A DNA stretch of 52,399 bases. Origin: Lachnospiraceae bacterium. Lineage in GTDB: Bacteria; Bacillota; Clostridia; Lachnospirales; Lachnospiraceae. Below are positions 39,595-49,008 of this stretch, in pieces (positions within the stretch are counted from its first letter, which is position 1; each line of letters opens with the position of its first letter). The stretch lies in contig JAFTFP010000252.1 of assembly GCA_017449485.1 (NCBI GenBank), forward strand, positions 1 through 52,399, given 5' to 3'. Made by a program: the position numbers and the translations under genes. The notes beneath the pieces are model-generated. The model had not been told where the DNA came from, did no database searches, and saw only the letters and a program-made list of their open reading frames with translations.

Positions 39595-40309
39595 CGTCGT
39601 AAATTCCGCCTTCCTCGTCTTCTATGATGACACCCTGATTCATGCGGATGACGCGCTTGTGCATCTTCTCGATGAATTCCAGGTTATGCGTTACAACCAG
39701 CACAGTCGTGCCCTGCTCATTGATCTGCTCCAGCAGATCCATGATTTCCCAGGCATTATTGGAATCCAGATTTCCGGTGGGCTCGTCCGCCAGCAGAATC
39801 AGCGGCTTGTTCACCAGCGCCCGGGCCAGCGCGACACGCTGCTGCTCACCGCCGGAGAGCTCCTCCGCCTTGCTGCGGTATTTATCCGCCAGACCGACGG
39901 TCTTCAGAATATCCGGCACATTCCGCTTGATCTGGTTTTTCGGCACCTGCAGCACCATCTGGGCAAATGCGACGTTGTCGAAAACATTCCGGTTCTCCAG
40001 CAGTCTGAAATCCTGGAACACAATGCCCAGATTTCTGCGGAACTTCGGGATCTTGCGGTGCTTCAGGGTTCCCAGATCATAGCCCAGTACGTTGATGTAG
40101 CCCGAAGTGGCCTCCAGCTCCCGCAGAAGCAGCTTGATCAGTGTGGACTTTCCGGAGCCGGAATCGCCGGTGATAAAGACGAACTCTCCCTCCCGGATAT
40201 CCAGAGAGATTCCGTCCAGCGCAGGCGTTCCCTTCGTGTAGCTCTTATAGACATTCCGGAGTGTGATGACATTGTCCTCCGGGACATCATAGTACTTCCT
40301 TCTTTTCAT
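39581..40309 (-). CDS. ftsE: Cell division ATP-binding protein FtsE
   Basis: GDSGSGKS, GIVFQDFRLL, LSGGEQQR, LADEPTGNLD; the only gene in the window that ends in TAG. Confidence 0.93.
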   Translation of the reverse strand: MKRRKYYDVPEDNVITLRNVYKSYTKGTPALDGISLDIREGEFVFITGDSGSGKSTLIKLLLRELEATSGYINVLGYDLGTLKHRKIPKFRRNLGIVFQDFRLLENRNVFDNVAFAQMVLQVPKNQIKRNVPDILKTVGLADKYRSKAEELSGGEQQRVALARALVNKPLILLADEPTGNLDSNNAWEIMDLLEQINEQGTTVLVVTHNLEFIEKMHKRVIRMNQGVIIEDEEGGIYDDERY

Positions 40310-40381
40310 CCTGTTGCTCCTTTAAATAGATCATTGCGTTCATCGCGCCGGCCGGCAGGAACACCGCGGCGCTCCTGAACA

Positions 40382-41470
40382 TCAATAATTCATTTTCTCC
40401 ATGTACTTCATATATTTCTCCACCATCAAGGCAATCTTGAAGGTGATGGCATCCTCGAAAATCCGCAGATCCAGTCCCGTGCTCTTCTGCAGCTTGTCCA
40501 GACGATACACCAGGGTATTCCGGTGAATGAACAGCTGCCTCGAAGTCTCCGAGACATTCAGGTTGTTCTCGAAAAAGCGGTCAATGGTCGCCAGGGTTTC
40601 CTCGTCCAGCTCCTCCGGATCCTTACCCTTGAAGGTTTCCCGGATGAACAGCTTGCACAGCGGCACCGGCAGCTGATAGATCAGCCGGCCGATTCCCAGC
40701 TCCGTGTACGGGATGATCGCCGCGTTTTCCATGAAGATGCGGCTGACATCCAGTGCCATCTTCGCTTCCTTATAGGAGCGGCTGACTTCACGGATTTCCT
40801 GCACAACCGTTCCATAGGCGATCCGGATCTCCGTGACCCCTGCCCGTTCCAGATATTCCATGATAAGCGATGAAATCCGCATCAGATCCTGCTCACGGAT
40901 GCCGTCGCTGACGTCCTTGACAATGACAACATTGTTCTCATCCACGGCCGTCACGAAGTCGGAGGTGCTGTTTCCCGGATAACTCTGCATCAGCTCCAGC
41001 ACGTTCTTCTCACGATCTGCCCGGGATTCGATCAGCATGACCGACCTGGGCGCTGTCGCCGGCACGTGAAGCTTCTTCGCCCTGCCGAAAATATCCACCA
41101 GCAGCAGATTGTCCAGCAGCAGGTTCTTGATAAAGTTGTCCCGGTCAAAGCGCTCCCGGAACGCACTCATCAGACCATCGATCTGGAACGCGGTCATCCG
41201 TCCGATCATCAGCGCATTATCGCTCTCCCCGCAGACACAGACCACATATTCCAGCTGATCTTCGTCAAACACCTTGAAGAACTGATACTGCCCGCTCTGC
41301 TGAGAATCCGCCTCGGATTCGGCAAAGCCCATGACCGTAGCTTCAAGTCCCGCAAAGACCGGCGCAGTCACCGCGATCTCGCGGCCCTGGCTGTCAAGAA
41401 TGCCGATCTCCAGATGTGTAATCCCCTTGATTCCGTCAATCGTGTTCTGCAGTGCCTGATTCGATATCAT
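40382..41470 (-). CDS. PucR/CdaR family transcriptional regulator
   Basis: C-terminal HTH NLNVSETSRQLFIHRNTLVYRLDK. Confidence 0.88.
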   Translation of the reverse strand: MISNQALQNTIDGIKGITHLEIGILDSQGREIAVTAPVFAGLEATVMGFAESEADSQQSGQYQFFKVFDEDQLEYVVCVCGESDNALMIGRMTAFQIDGLMSAFRERFDRDNFIKNLLLDNLLLVDIFGRAKKLHVPATAPRSVMLIESRADREKNVLELMQSYPGNSTSDFVTAVDENNVVIVKDVSDGIREQDLMRISSLIMEYLERAGVTEIRIAYGTVVQEIREVSRSYKEAKMALDVSRIFMENAAIIPYTELGIGRLIYQLPVPLCKLFIRETFKGKDPEELDEETLATIDRFFENNLNVSETSRQLFIHRNTLVYRLDKLQKSTGLDLRIFEDAITFKIALMVEKYMKYMEKMNY

Positions 41471-41629
41471 CTCTCTCGCCCCCAAGTTATGGAATCCCAG
41501 CCTGTTTCTGCAATTACCCCATTCTCTCTAATGATATAGCACTGATAGAAAAAAATCCATAAAAACAGTAGTCGAATTTTGTGAATTATCACGAAAACCG
41601 TCTGCCTGTACATCCCGCTGCGTTCGGAC

Positions 41630-42463
41630 TCAGATCCGCTCGATCCCCTCCGGCGTCATCCGGATGGCGCCTTCCTTCATAAGATGCCCTGCTGCCCGCT
41701 TGAATTCATTCTTGGACATATGCAGGCTGCTGCGGATGATCTCCGGATCGGATTTGTCCGTAAAGGGCAGTCTGCCGCCGTTCTTTTCCAGCTCTGCGAG
41801 CAGGAACTCTGCATCTTCCCCGATCTGCAGATAAGCTTTTTCCCGGATGGAAAGATCCAGCTTGCCGTCCGGCTTCACAGACAGAACCCGCGCGCGGATC
41901 CTGCTGCCGATTTCCAGCTCCCTGACCAGCTCCTTCCTGGGAATCAGCGCCGAGTATATGTCATCCACTGCGACAAAGGTGCCGAAGTTGCTGCTGGTCT
42001 CATAGACCGTTCCCTCGACCTGATCGCCCGTGTGATACGGACTGTCCGTGCGCAGATACGGATAGACGTTCATGGTCGCGCACAGCCGGCCGCTCTTGTC
42101 GATATAGACCGCCACCAGACACTCCTGGCCCTTCTGAATCCGCTTTCTGGGCTGCTCATGGAAAGGCAGGAGCAGATCCTTGTCCAGTCCCCAGTCCAGG
42201 AACGCGCCGATCTTCGTGATCTGAACCGCTGTCAGCCAGCCCACCTCATGCAGCTGGAGCTTCGGTTCCTTGCGGGTCGCGATGGGCCGGTCCTCTGAAT
42301 CCTTATAGAGAAATACCTCCAGACGGTCGCCCGCAGCGCACCCCTCCGGCACCTGCGATCCCGGAAGCAGCACGCTGAACTTCTCCTCCGGGTCCCGCAG
42401 GAATACGCCGAAGTCCACTTTCTTTTCTACAGTCAAAATCTGTTTTCTGCCAATTTCGTACAT
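41630..42463 (-). CDS. cvfB: CvfB-like S1 RNA-binding protein
   Basis: DFGVFL, VFLYKDSEDRPIAT, GAFLDWGLDKDLLLP, winged-helix MSKNEFKRA. Confidence 0.87.
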   Translation of the reverse strand: MYEIGRKQILTVEKKVDFGVFLRDPEEKFSVLLPGSQVPEGCAAGDRLEVFLYKDSEDRPIATRKEPKLQLHEVGWLTAVQITKIGAFLDWGLDKDLLLPFHEQPRKRIQKGQECLVAVYIDKSGRLCATMNVYPYLRTDSPYHTGDQVEGTVYETSSNFGTFVAVDDIYSALIPRKELVRELEIGSRIRARVLSVKPDGKLDLSIREKAYLQIGEDAEFLLAELEKNGGRLPFTDKSDPEIIRSSLHMSKNEFKRAAGHLMKEGAIRMTPEGIERI

Positions 42464-42481
42464 AAAATCTGTTTTTCTCCC

Positions 42482-43216
42482 TTATTCACTGAATGTAAAC
42501 TCTGCAATCGCGTACGGCTGTCCGTCCGCTGTGTTCAATGCTGCCGTGAGGATCTGCCCCTCCTGCTCCCGGTAGCACTGCGGGTAAATGGTCTGCCCCG
42601 GCAGGGCCTGTTTCTTGTATTCCACGCGCAGGCGCGTCAGCCTTCCGGCCGCATGGAAGGAGACCTCCTCCAGCGCTGCGTGCGCAATCCGCACATACTG
42701 TCCGTTGTTGACATGCCCGTTGCTGTCCAGATGCTGCTCGCTGACCACCACTGGCCCTGCGGCCGTCGGGTGCGTTTCGGGAAGCCGCATTTTGCGCGAA
42801 AGATATTCCATCTCAAAGCGCGGAAACAGCTCGTACCGGTCCAGAATCGTCTGGGTGGAGCGCTCCGGATAGCCGGTCTGCATATTCATCAGCGTCCAGA
42901 CGGAATTGACGTTGATCAGCCGCTCCCCCTCTGTAGTCTCCATCATGAAATTTCTCTCGCCGAGAAATCCCTTGATGCGATAGGGGGACGTGCCGGTACG
43001 GATCATCTCTCCCAGGCGCGGCGCGCGGAGAATATCGATCTGCCAGTAATTGACCAGCCATGCCAGATGCCGCTCTTCCAGATAGGCAAAACCGATCCCC
43101 AGATCCTCCGACTGAAAAGTCGAACAATCCTGAAAGTAATTGATCATGGCTTCCGGGGTGAGAATCCGGTCCCGGCCGGTCTCGCTGTAGCGGATTCTGC
43201 TCTCAAAAGTATACAT
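42482..43216 (-). CDS. Acyl-ACP thioesterase
   Basis: RIRYSE, YFQDCS, LDSNGHVNNGQY. Confidence 0.88.
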   Translation of the reverse strand: MYTFESRIRYSETGRDRILTPEAMINYFQDCSTFQSEDLGIGFAYLEERHLAWLVNYWQIDILRAPRLGEMIRTGTSPYRIKGFLGERNFMMETTEGERLINVNSVWTLMNMQTGYPERSTQTILDRYELFPRFEMEYLSRKMRLPETHPTAAGPVVVSEQHLDSNGHVNNGQYVRIAHAALEEVSFHAAGRLTRLRVEYKKQALPGQTIYPQCYREQEGQILTAALNTADGQPYAIAEFTFSE

Positions 43217-43339
43217 GGTTTAATTGTGCCATCGGCCGCTCCTGCATGCAAGCGGAAGCCATAAACCGCATCCGGCACTCTCCTTTGCTGTTTTTTCTGT
43301 GTTACAATAACCGCAGATCCTGCTGCGGAGGCTGATTTC

Positions 43340-44464
43340 TTGAAGAAGCACGAAATCTATTATATGACCGGAATGCTCCTTTTTACAGCACTTTTAAATG
43401 TGCTGTCCTGGGTTTCGCCCTCTTTTGCCGATGCTTACACGGATCACATCTTTCCATTTTTCAAAGGAACCTATGGCCGCCTGACCTCCCTCTTCCCGTT
43501 TTCTGTCGGAGAGTGGATGATTCTGGCGGGGCTTGTCTGGCTTGCAGCGCTGGCCGTGATTCTCCTGCTGTGCCTGATCCGGCGGACACCGGTGCTGCGC
43601 CGCCGTGCCCGTTCTTTTCTGCGGGCCACGGCGCATCTTCTGGTCCTGATCTTTCTGATCATGACGCTGAACTGCTTCATCCTCTACCACTGCACACCTC
43701 TTTCGCCGGGCGGGCCGGAGACGGCGCGCGCATATACGGTTTCCGAGCTGGCCTGTCTGCGGGATTATGTCGTCGCAGAGGCGGCTGCCTGCTGCGAGCA
43801 GATGCCGCATACCCCGGAGGGCCTGCTCGAGGCGCCGCAGGACCTGACCGGGAAGGCCCAGGCCGCCGTCCACGGGCTGGCACCGGAATATCCCCGCTTT
43901 TCAGGGTACGCCGTCACCCCCAAGCCGCTCGCGCTTTCCGGCTTCATCTCCCAGCAGCATATGCAGGGATATTATTTCCCTTTTTCCATGGAAGCGAATT
44001 ATAATACCATCATGCAGGCCGGCAGCCGTCCCTTCACGCTCTGTCACGAGCTGGCGCACACCTTCGGCTATATCTATGAGGATGAAGCCAATTACCTCGG
44101 ATTCCTGGCCTGTACCCGGAGCGAAGACCCTTTTCTGGTCTACAGCGGATGGCTGGGCATTCTGAACTATGTGGACAATGCTTTCTACCGCTCTGTCGGC
44201 AAAGCGGAGTATCGCCGGCACATCCAGGTTCCGGAGCAGGTGCGGCTCGACAACCGCTTCCTGACGGACGAGGACTGGGTGCTGGTGGAAGAAGCCTCGC
44301 CTTTTGATACGGAAACAGTCCATAAGGCCGCCGACACCTTTGTCGACACCACCCTGAAGGTCAACGGCGTCGCGGACGGCTATGCCAGCTATGACCGCGT
44401 CGTCGAGCTGCTTCTTCGCCATTACATCGGAACCGGCCTGCTCGTGCCGCAGCAGGTTCCTTAA
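43340..44464 (+). CDS. DUF3810-like membrane-anchored zincin
   Basis: PFSVGE, three TM helices, GYYFPFSMEAN, CHELAH..G..EDEANY. Confidence 0.8.
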   Translation: MKKHEIYYMTGMLLFTALLNVLSWVSPSFADAYTDHIFPFFKGTYGRLTSLFPFSVGEWMILAGLVWLAALAVILLLCLIRRTPVLRRRARSFLRATAHLLVLIFLIMTLNCFILYHCTPLSPGGPETARAYTVSELACLRDYVVAEAAACCEQMPHTPEGLLEAPQDLTGKAQAAVHGLAPEYPRFSGYAVTPKPLALSGFISQQHMQGYYFPFSMEANYNTIMQAGSRPFTLCHELAHTFGYIYEDEANYLGFLACTRSEDPFLVYSGWLGILNYVDNAFYRSVGKAEYRRHIQVPEQVRLDNRFLTDEDWVLVEEASPFDTETVHKAADTFVDTTLKVNGVADGYASYDRVVELLLRHYIGTGLLVPQQVP

Positions 44465-44478
44465 GGAAGGATCAATCT

Positions 44479-46263
44479 ATGCGTTTTCTCAAAGCTTTCT
44501 TTCTGCACAGCACGGATCGGATTTCCCCCGCACTGCCGGCTTTTGTCTCGCTGTGGGCCATCCTGTTTCTGGCCGGCCTGACTGTGCGCAGCGTGCTCAG
44601 CCCCGCCTTATTTGTTCTTCTCTATCTGTTTTATGCCCGCACCGGGCGGGAGCAGATCCGGGTCTGGTATCTTCTGCTGTCGCTCTTCTTCGGCATTTCG
44701 GCGCTGCTGGTGGAGGGCCCGCGTATTTCATCCGCCTTTTCCAGCGGTCTGTTCCGGGCTGCTGCGCTGCTGATTACCGCCGCGGGGCTCGTGCCCCTTT
44801 TCTACCGGCTGATCGATCTTGCCTCTGATCTGCTGCAGAAACTGGCAAAATATGACTCACCGGAAGGTGCTTCCTTCTGGAAGCTGCCGGTCGTTTCCTT
44901 TATCAGCCGGCATCTGTTCCTGTGCACCTTCCTGATCCTGGTACTCCTCTGGCTTCCGTATTATCTATACGAATATCCCGGCATTCTCTCGCCGGACGGG
45001 ATTGTGCAGATGGAGCAGGTCTTCGGCGTGCGTCCCCTGAGCAACCACCATCCTGTCTTCCACACGATGTTCATGGCGATTTTCTATCGCCTCGGGCAGC
45101 TGTTCACGGATTCGAAAAACGCCGCGCTCAGCTTCTACACGATGGCACAGCTGCTGTTCCACGCCTTCTGCTGCGCCTGTGTCGTCCGGATGCTGCAGCG
45201 GCTCCGCCTGCATCCGCTGTTTATTGCTGCAGCGTTTGCGTTCTATGCGCTGATTCCCTATCACGCTGTCTTTGCCGTCTATTCCGGAAAGGACACACCC
45301 TTTGCCGACGCGTTCATGCTCTTTCTGTGCGCCCTTTCAAAACTCGTTTTCCCGGAGGCCGGCTATGGCAAAGCCAGAGACCGCTTCCTGTTCGTACTCA
45401 CCGGCATCCTGATGTGTCTGCTGCGCTCCAACGGCTGGTACGCCTTCCTGTTTCTGATTCCGTTTCTGCTGATCGCGTTCCGCAGTCAGCTGCGGCAGAT
45501 CCTGGTGATGTGCGCCATCATTGTCTGCGTCAGCGTGCTGGTGCGCGGCCCGCTCTATGGGAGTCTGCAGGTGGTGCCCGGCGACATGCTGGAGTCCCTG
45601 TGCGTGCCGCTGCAGCAGATCGGCCGGACCCTCACCGACGGCGCCGTCCTGCCGGAGGAGGACATGGCACTGATCGGAAAGGTGGTGAACCATCCGGAGG
45701 ATATTCCGACCGTTTACGATCCGGTTTTTGCCGATATGATGAAGGAAATCATCCGCACCAACGGCGATCTTTCCTATCTGGAGGCCCACAAGGCAGATTT
45801 TCTGCGCCTCTATATCCGCACAGGCCTGGCCCATCCGGGCAGCTACGTGCGCGGCTGGGTGGATCTGACCGATGCCTACTGGTATCCGGATCTGTCCTAT
45901 GAGATGGCCATCATCGATGGTGTCGCGGACAATTCCATCGGGCTGTCCTGGACACCGGTGCTGCGCGGCATGGCCTTTGTGAAATTCAAGGAAATCGTCC
46001 TGAAGCTCGGCACCTTCGTGCCGCTCTATGGCCTGATCTGGAGCATGGGCTTTATCTTCTGGATTCTGCTTTTCTTCTCAGCTTATCTGCTGACCATGAA
46101 AAAACAGCGCAGGAGACTGATTCTGCTGATGCCCGCCATTTCACTCTACCTGACACTGTTTCTTGCGGCGCCGGTCGCGGAATTCCGCTACGGCTATCCT
46201 ATGCTGGCTGCCCTGCCGTTTTACCTGTCCGCCGTGCTGCCGTTTCCGCGCCCGAGAAGCTGA
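44479..46263 (+). CDS. DUF6020-like polytopic membrane protein (GT-C-like)
   Basis: YPGILSPD, SNHHPVFHT, KDTPF, LRSNG, P.QQIGR, EFRY; many TM helices. Confidence 0.72.
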   Translation: MRFLKAFFLHSTDRISPALPAFVSLWAILFLAGLTVRSVLSPALFVLLYLFYARTGREQIRVWYLLLSLFFGISALLVEGPRISSAFSSGLFRAAALLITAAGLVPLFYRLIDLASDLLQKLAKYDSPEGASFWKLPVVSFISRHLFLCTFLILVLLWLPYYLYEYPGILSPDGIVQMEQVFGVRPLSNHHPVFHTMFMAIFYRLGQLFTDSKNAALSFYTMAQLLFHAFCCACVVRMLQRLRLHPLFIAAAFAFYALIPYHAVFAVYSGKDTPFADAFMLFLCALSKLVFPEAGYGKARDRFLFVLTGILMCLLRSNGWYAFLFLIPFLLIAFRSQLRQILVMCAIIVCVSVLVRGPLYGSLQVVPGDMLESLCVPLQQIGRTLTDGAVLPEEDMALIGKVVNHPEDIPTVYDPVFADMMKEIIRTNGDLSYLEAHKADFLRLYIRTGLAHPGSYVRGWVDLTDAYWYPDLSYEMAIIDGVADNSIGLSWTPVLRGMAFVKFKEIVLKLGTFVPLYGLIWSMGFIFWILLFFSAYLLTMKKQRRRLILLMPAISLYLTLFLAAPVAEFRYGYPMLAALPFYLSAVLPFPRPRS

Positions 46264-47159
46264 ATCATCACATCCCTGACACAGGCCGCCGTATCTCCTG
46301 CCGTCATCGTCACTGCGTTGGCCCGCTCCTGGGCCAGTTCACCCGCAGCACCTGCAATATAGGCCCCGGCTGCCGCAGCGGCTGCCAGACCGCTGTCTGT
46401 TTTCTGTACCGTAGGCTGTGAGAGCACCGCCGCAATAATACCGGCGAGCACATCACCGCTCCCCGCGGTCGCCATGCCGGGACATCCCCGGTCCACCCGG
46501 TACGTTCTTTCTCCATCCGTCACGATGGTCGCCAGGTCCCGCAGAGGGCCCTTAAGCAGCACCGTCACGCCGTATTGCTGCGCAAACTGCTGTGCCAGTG
46601 CTTCTCCGTTCTCCAGGATTTCGCTGATGGGCTGGCCGCAGAGTCTTGAAAACTCGCCCGGGTGCGGTGTGATCACTACCGGACAGGCCGCCCTGTCCAG
46701 CCCCTGACAGTTCTGCGCCGCCAGCGCGTTCAGTGCATCCGCGTCCAGGAGAAGAATGCCGGTATAGTTCTCAAGAAGCCAGGAAACCACCTGCTGTGTC
46801 TGCCGGCTGTTTCCGATTCCCATGCCGACCACGGTCACGCGGCAGCGCGCCGTCAGCTCCTGCCACTCCTCTTCCTTGAACAGAACAGCACCTTCCTCTG
46901 TCTCACTTAAGGGGAAATAGGTGCTCTCCAGAATCTCCGGCAGAATCACGCCGGAAAGACACCGGGGACTTGCCAGCTTCACAACCCCGGCGCCGCAGCG
47001 CATCGCACAGTTCGCCATGGCGGAGAGCCGGATGGCGCCGCTGTAGCGCAGGCTTCCGCCCGCCAGTGCAATTATTCCGAAGCTTCCTTTATTGACTCCT
47101 GCTTCCCGCGGCGGAAACAGGCTGCGGACCAGGTCCTGTGTCATTTCTATTGGCTGCAT
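46221..47159 (-). CDS. nnrD: ADP-dependent NAD(P)H-hydrate dehydratase (stand-alone)
   Basis: NKGSFG, GGS.RYSGA, DADAL, TPHPGEF, LLKG, MATAGSGDVLAG; 3' end overlaps the convergent gene by 43 nt. Confidence 0.92.
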   Translation of the reverse strand: MQPIEMTQDLVRSLFPPREAGVNKGSFGIIALAGGSLRYSGAIRLSAMANCAMRCGAGVVKLASPRCLSGVILPEILESTYFPLSETEEGAVLFKEEEWQELTARCRVTVVGMGIGNSRQTQQVVSWLLENYTGILLLDADALNALAAQNCQGLDRAACPVVITPHPGEFSRLCGQPISEILENGEALAQQFAQQYGVTVLLKGPLRDLATIVTDGERTYRVDRGCPGMATAGSGDVLAGIIAAVLSQPTVQKTDSGLAAAAAAGAYIAGAAGELAQERANAVTMTAGDTAACVRDVMIQLLGRGNGSTADR

Positions 47160-47232
47160 GGCTTCCTCCATAAAAATAAGACTGCCGCACAATCAGGCAG
47201 TCTTATCATATCATGTTTCAGCGTTGTTCCGC

Positions 47233-47718
47233 TTACCAGGTCGTCGCAATGTCCACCATGGTGGGATCGTTTACTGCGAAGCCGCCGGTGTCGGCTGCGA
47301 TGCCGATGCCCAGGCTTGTCTCAACCAGTGTTCCCAGCGGATGGAGCTGGAAGTTCACAGCGCACAGGATGAAGGGGCCGTACATTTTCACGCCGTCCGC
47401 GCGAACCCAGTACTCAAAGTAGAAACCGTTTCTCTGCAGGTTGCGGATGACATTGGTCATGTCAAGGGTGTAGTAGCATTCCTTTCCGCTCGGTCCGTAG
47501 TTGACGCCTCTGGACTTGGTCAGGACGGGGCCCTGCCAGGTTCTTAAGGATTCTACCAGATCCAGCTGTTCCTGTGTCAGTCCCACGACTCCCTGGGACT
47601 GCGCTGTAGCCAGATCGTTTTCTAACGCCTTCGTGTTTAATGCCGTCGGAAGCACCGCCAGTAATACAACAGCTGCAAGTGTAACAGCGAGCATCCGCAG
47701 ACTTCTTTTGGTTTTCAT
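47233..47718 (-). CDS. Secreted protein with 3D/RlpA-like C-terminal domain
   Basis: Signal peptide; AVN..HPLGT.VET..G..ADTGG...VDI resembles the 3D domain. Confidence 0.6.
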   Translation of the reverse strand: MKTKRSLRMLAVTLAAVVLLAVLPTALNTKALENDLATAQSQGVVGLTQEQLDLVESLRTWQGPVLTKSRGVNYGPSGKECYYTLDMTNVIRNLQRNGFYFEYWVRADGVKMYGPFILCAVNFQLHPLGTLVETSLGIGIAADTGGFAVNDPTMVDIATTW

Positions 47719-47763
47719 AATAAAATAATATCCTTTCAACTCAGACTGGTCTGCGCTAAAAGG

Positions 47764-47792
47764 ATATTACATAAATATTTCTAATTTGTCAA
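47764..47792 (-). promoter_or_regulatory. Sigma-A promoter of the 3D-like gene
   Basis: TTGACA-17 nt-TAATAT in an AT-rich region. Confidence 0.7.
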
Positions 47793-47892
47793 CTTTTCGC
47801 AATATTTTGACCGAATTGTTCAATTCAAGGCCTACATATTGTCATATTTTCGAAATATTCTGCCAGATATTGATATTTACATCTATCCGGTC

Positions 47893-48876
47893 TTATGCCA
47901 GCGAAGCGGTAATGATCGCCATGGAGTAAACCTCCAGCGCGTTACATCCGCGGGACAGGTCGTTGATCTGTGCGTTCAGGCCCAGCAGGATCGGTCCGTA
48001 AGCTTCGAAGTTACCCATGCGCTGTGCAATCTTGTAGCCGATGTTGCCTGCGTTGATGTCCGGGAAAATGAAGGTGTTGGCATAGCCGGCCACTTCACTC
48101 TGCGGGCATTTCTGCCGTGCGACACGCGGGGAAACCGCTGCGTCAAACTGCAGCTCGCCGTCGATCGGAACATCCGGGAATTTCTCCTTCGCCTTCGCCG
48201 TAGCATTGCGCATCTTGATGACATCCTCGCCCTTGCCGGAGCCCAGGGTTGAATAGGAAAGGAACGCGACCTTGGGATCCACGCCGAAGACGCGTGCGCA
48301 CTGAATCGTCTCACCGGCGATTTCCACCAGCTCGTCTTCCGAAGGCTTCAGGTTGATTGCGCAGTCTGCCATTGCAAGGACTTCATTCTCACCGGTTGCG
48401 GAAGGACGGACCAGAATAAAGCAGGAAGAAACGATCGTGTTGCCGGGTTTGGTCTTGATGATCTGCAGTGCGGGACGTACTGTGTCCGCAGTGGAATAAG
48501 TTGCGCCGCCCAGCAGGCAGTCTGCAACGCCCATCTTGATCAGCATCGTGCCGAAATAGTTGGCGTGAGAAAGAATCTCTCTGGCCTGCTCCGGCTGCAT
48601 GCCCTTGCTCTTGCGGATCTCGCAGAACATCTCGACCATCTCTTCAAAACGGTCATATTTACGGGGATCAATGATTTCCGCACCGCGGATATTGAAGCCC
48701 GCGTCCTCGGAAGCCTTGAAAATTTCCTCTTCGCTGCCCAGAAGAATCGGCTTAAGGAAATTGCTGGCCAGCAGACGGGAAGCCGCCTCCAGAATTCGCG
48801 GATCCGCGCCCTCGGTCAGGACAATCTTCTTCGGATTCTTCTTCAGTTTGTCAATCATTGTGCCAAAACCAAACAT
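47893..48876 (-). CDS. pta: Phosphate acetyltransferase
   Basis: EGADPRIL, RPALQIIKT, DGELQFDAA, FPDINAGNIGYK, NDLSRGC. Confidence 0.96.
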   Translation of the reverse strand: MFGFGTMIDKLKKNPKKIVLTEGADPRILEAASRLLASNFLKPILLGSEEEIFKASEDAGFNIRGAEIIDPRKYDRFEEMVEMFCEIRKSKGMQPEQAREILSHANYFGTMLIKMGVADCLLGGATYSTADTVRPALQIIKTKPGNTIVSSCFILVRPSATGENEVLAMADCAINLKPSEDELVEIAGETIQCARVFGVDPKVAFLSYSTLGSGKGEDVIKMRNATAKAKEKFPDVPIDGELQFDAAVSPRVARQKCPQSEVAGYANTFIFPDINAGNIGYKIAQRMGNFEAYGPILLGLNAQINDLSRGCNALEVYSMAIITASLA

Positions 48877-49008
48877 TTTTATATAACCCCCATTCCTGAA
48901 TTTCTTATACTCAACCGGCGTCTGCCCGGCTTCTTCACATTATTCTATCATATCCCGGGCTGTTCTTTTACTATCATAGCACGCTTTCTGAAAAATGAAA
49001 GCCCTTAC

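Noticed and set aside
47719-47892. c-di-AMP (ydaO) riboswitch ahead of the 3D-like gene
   Set aside because: The predicted leader is only about 40 nt and lacks the conserved ydaO elements
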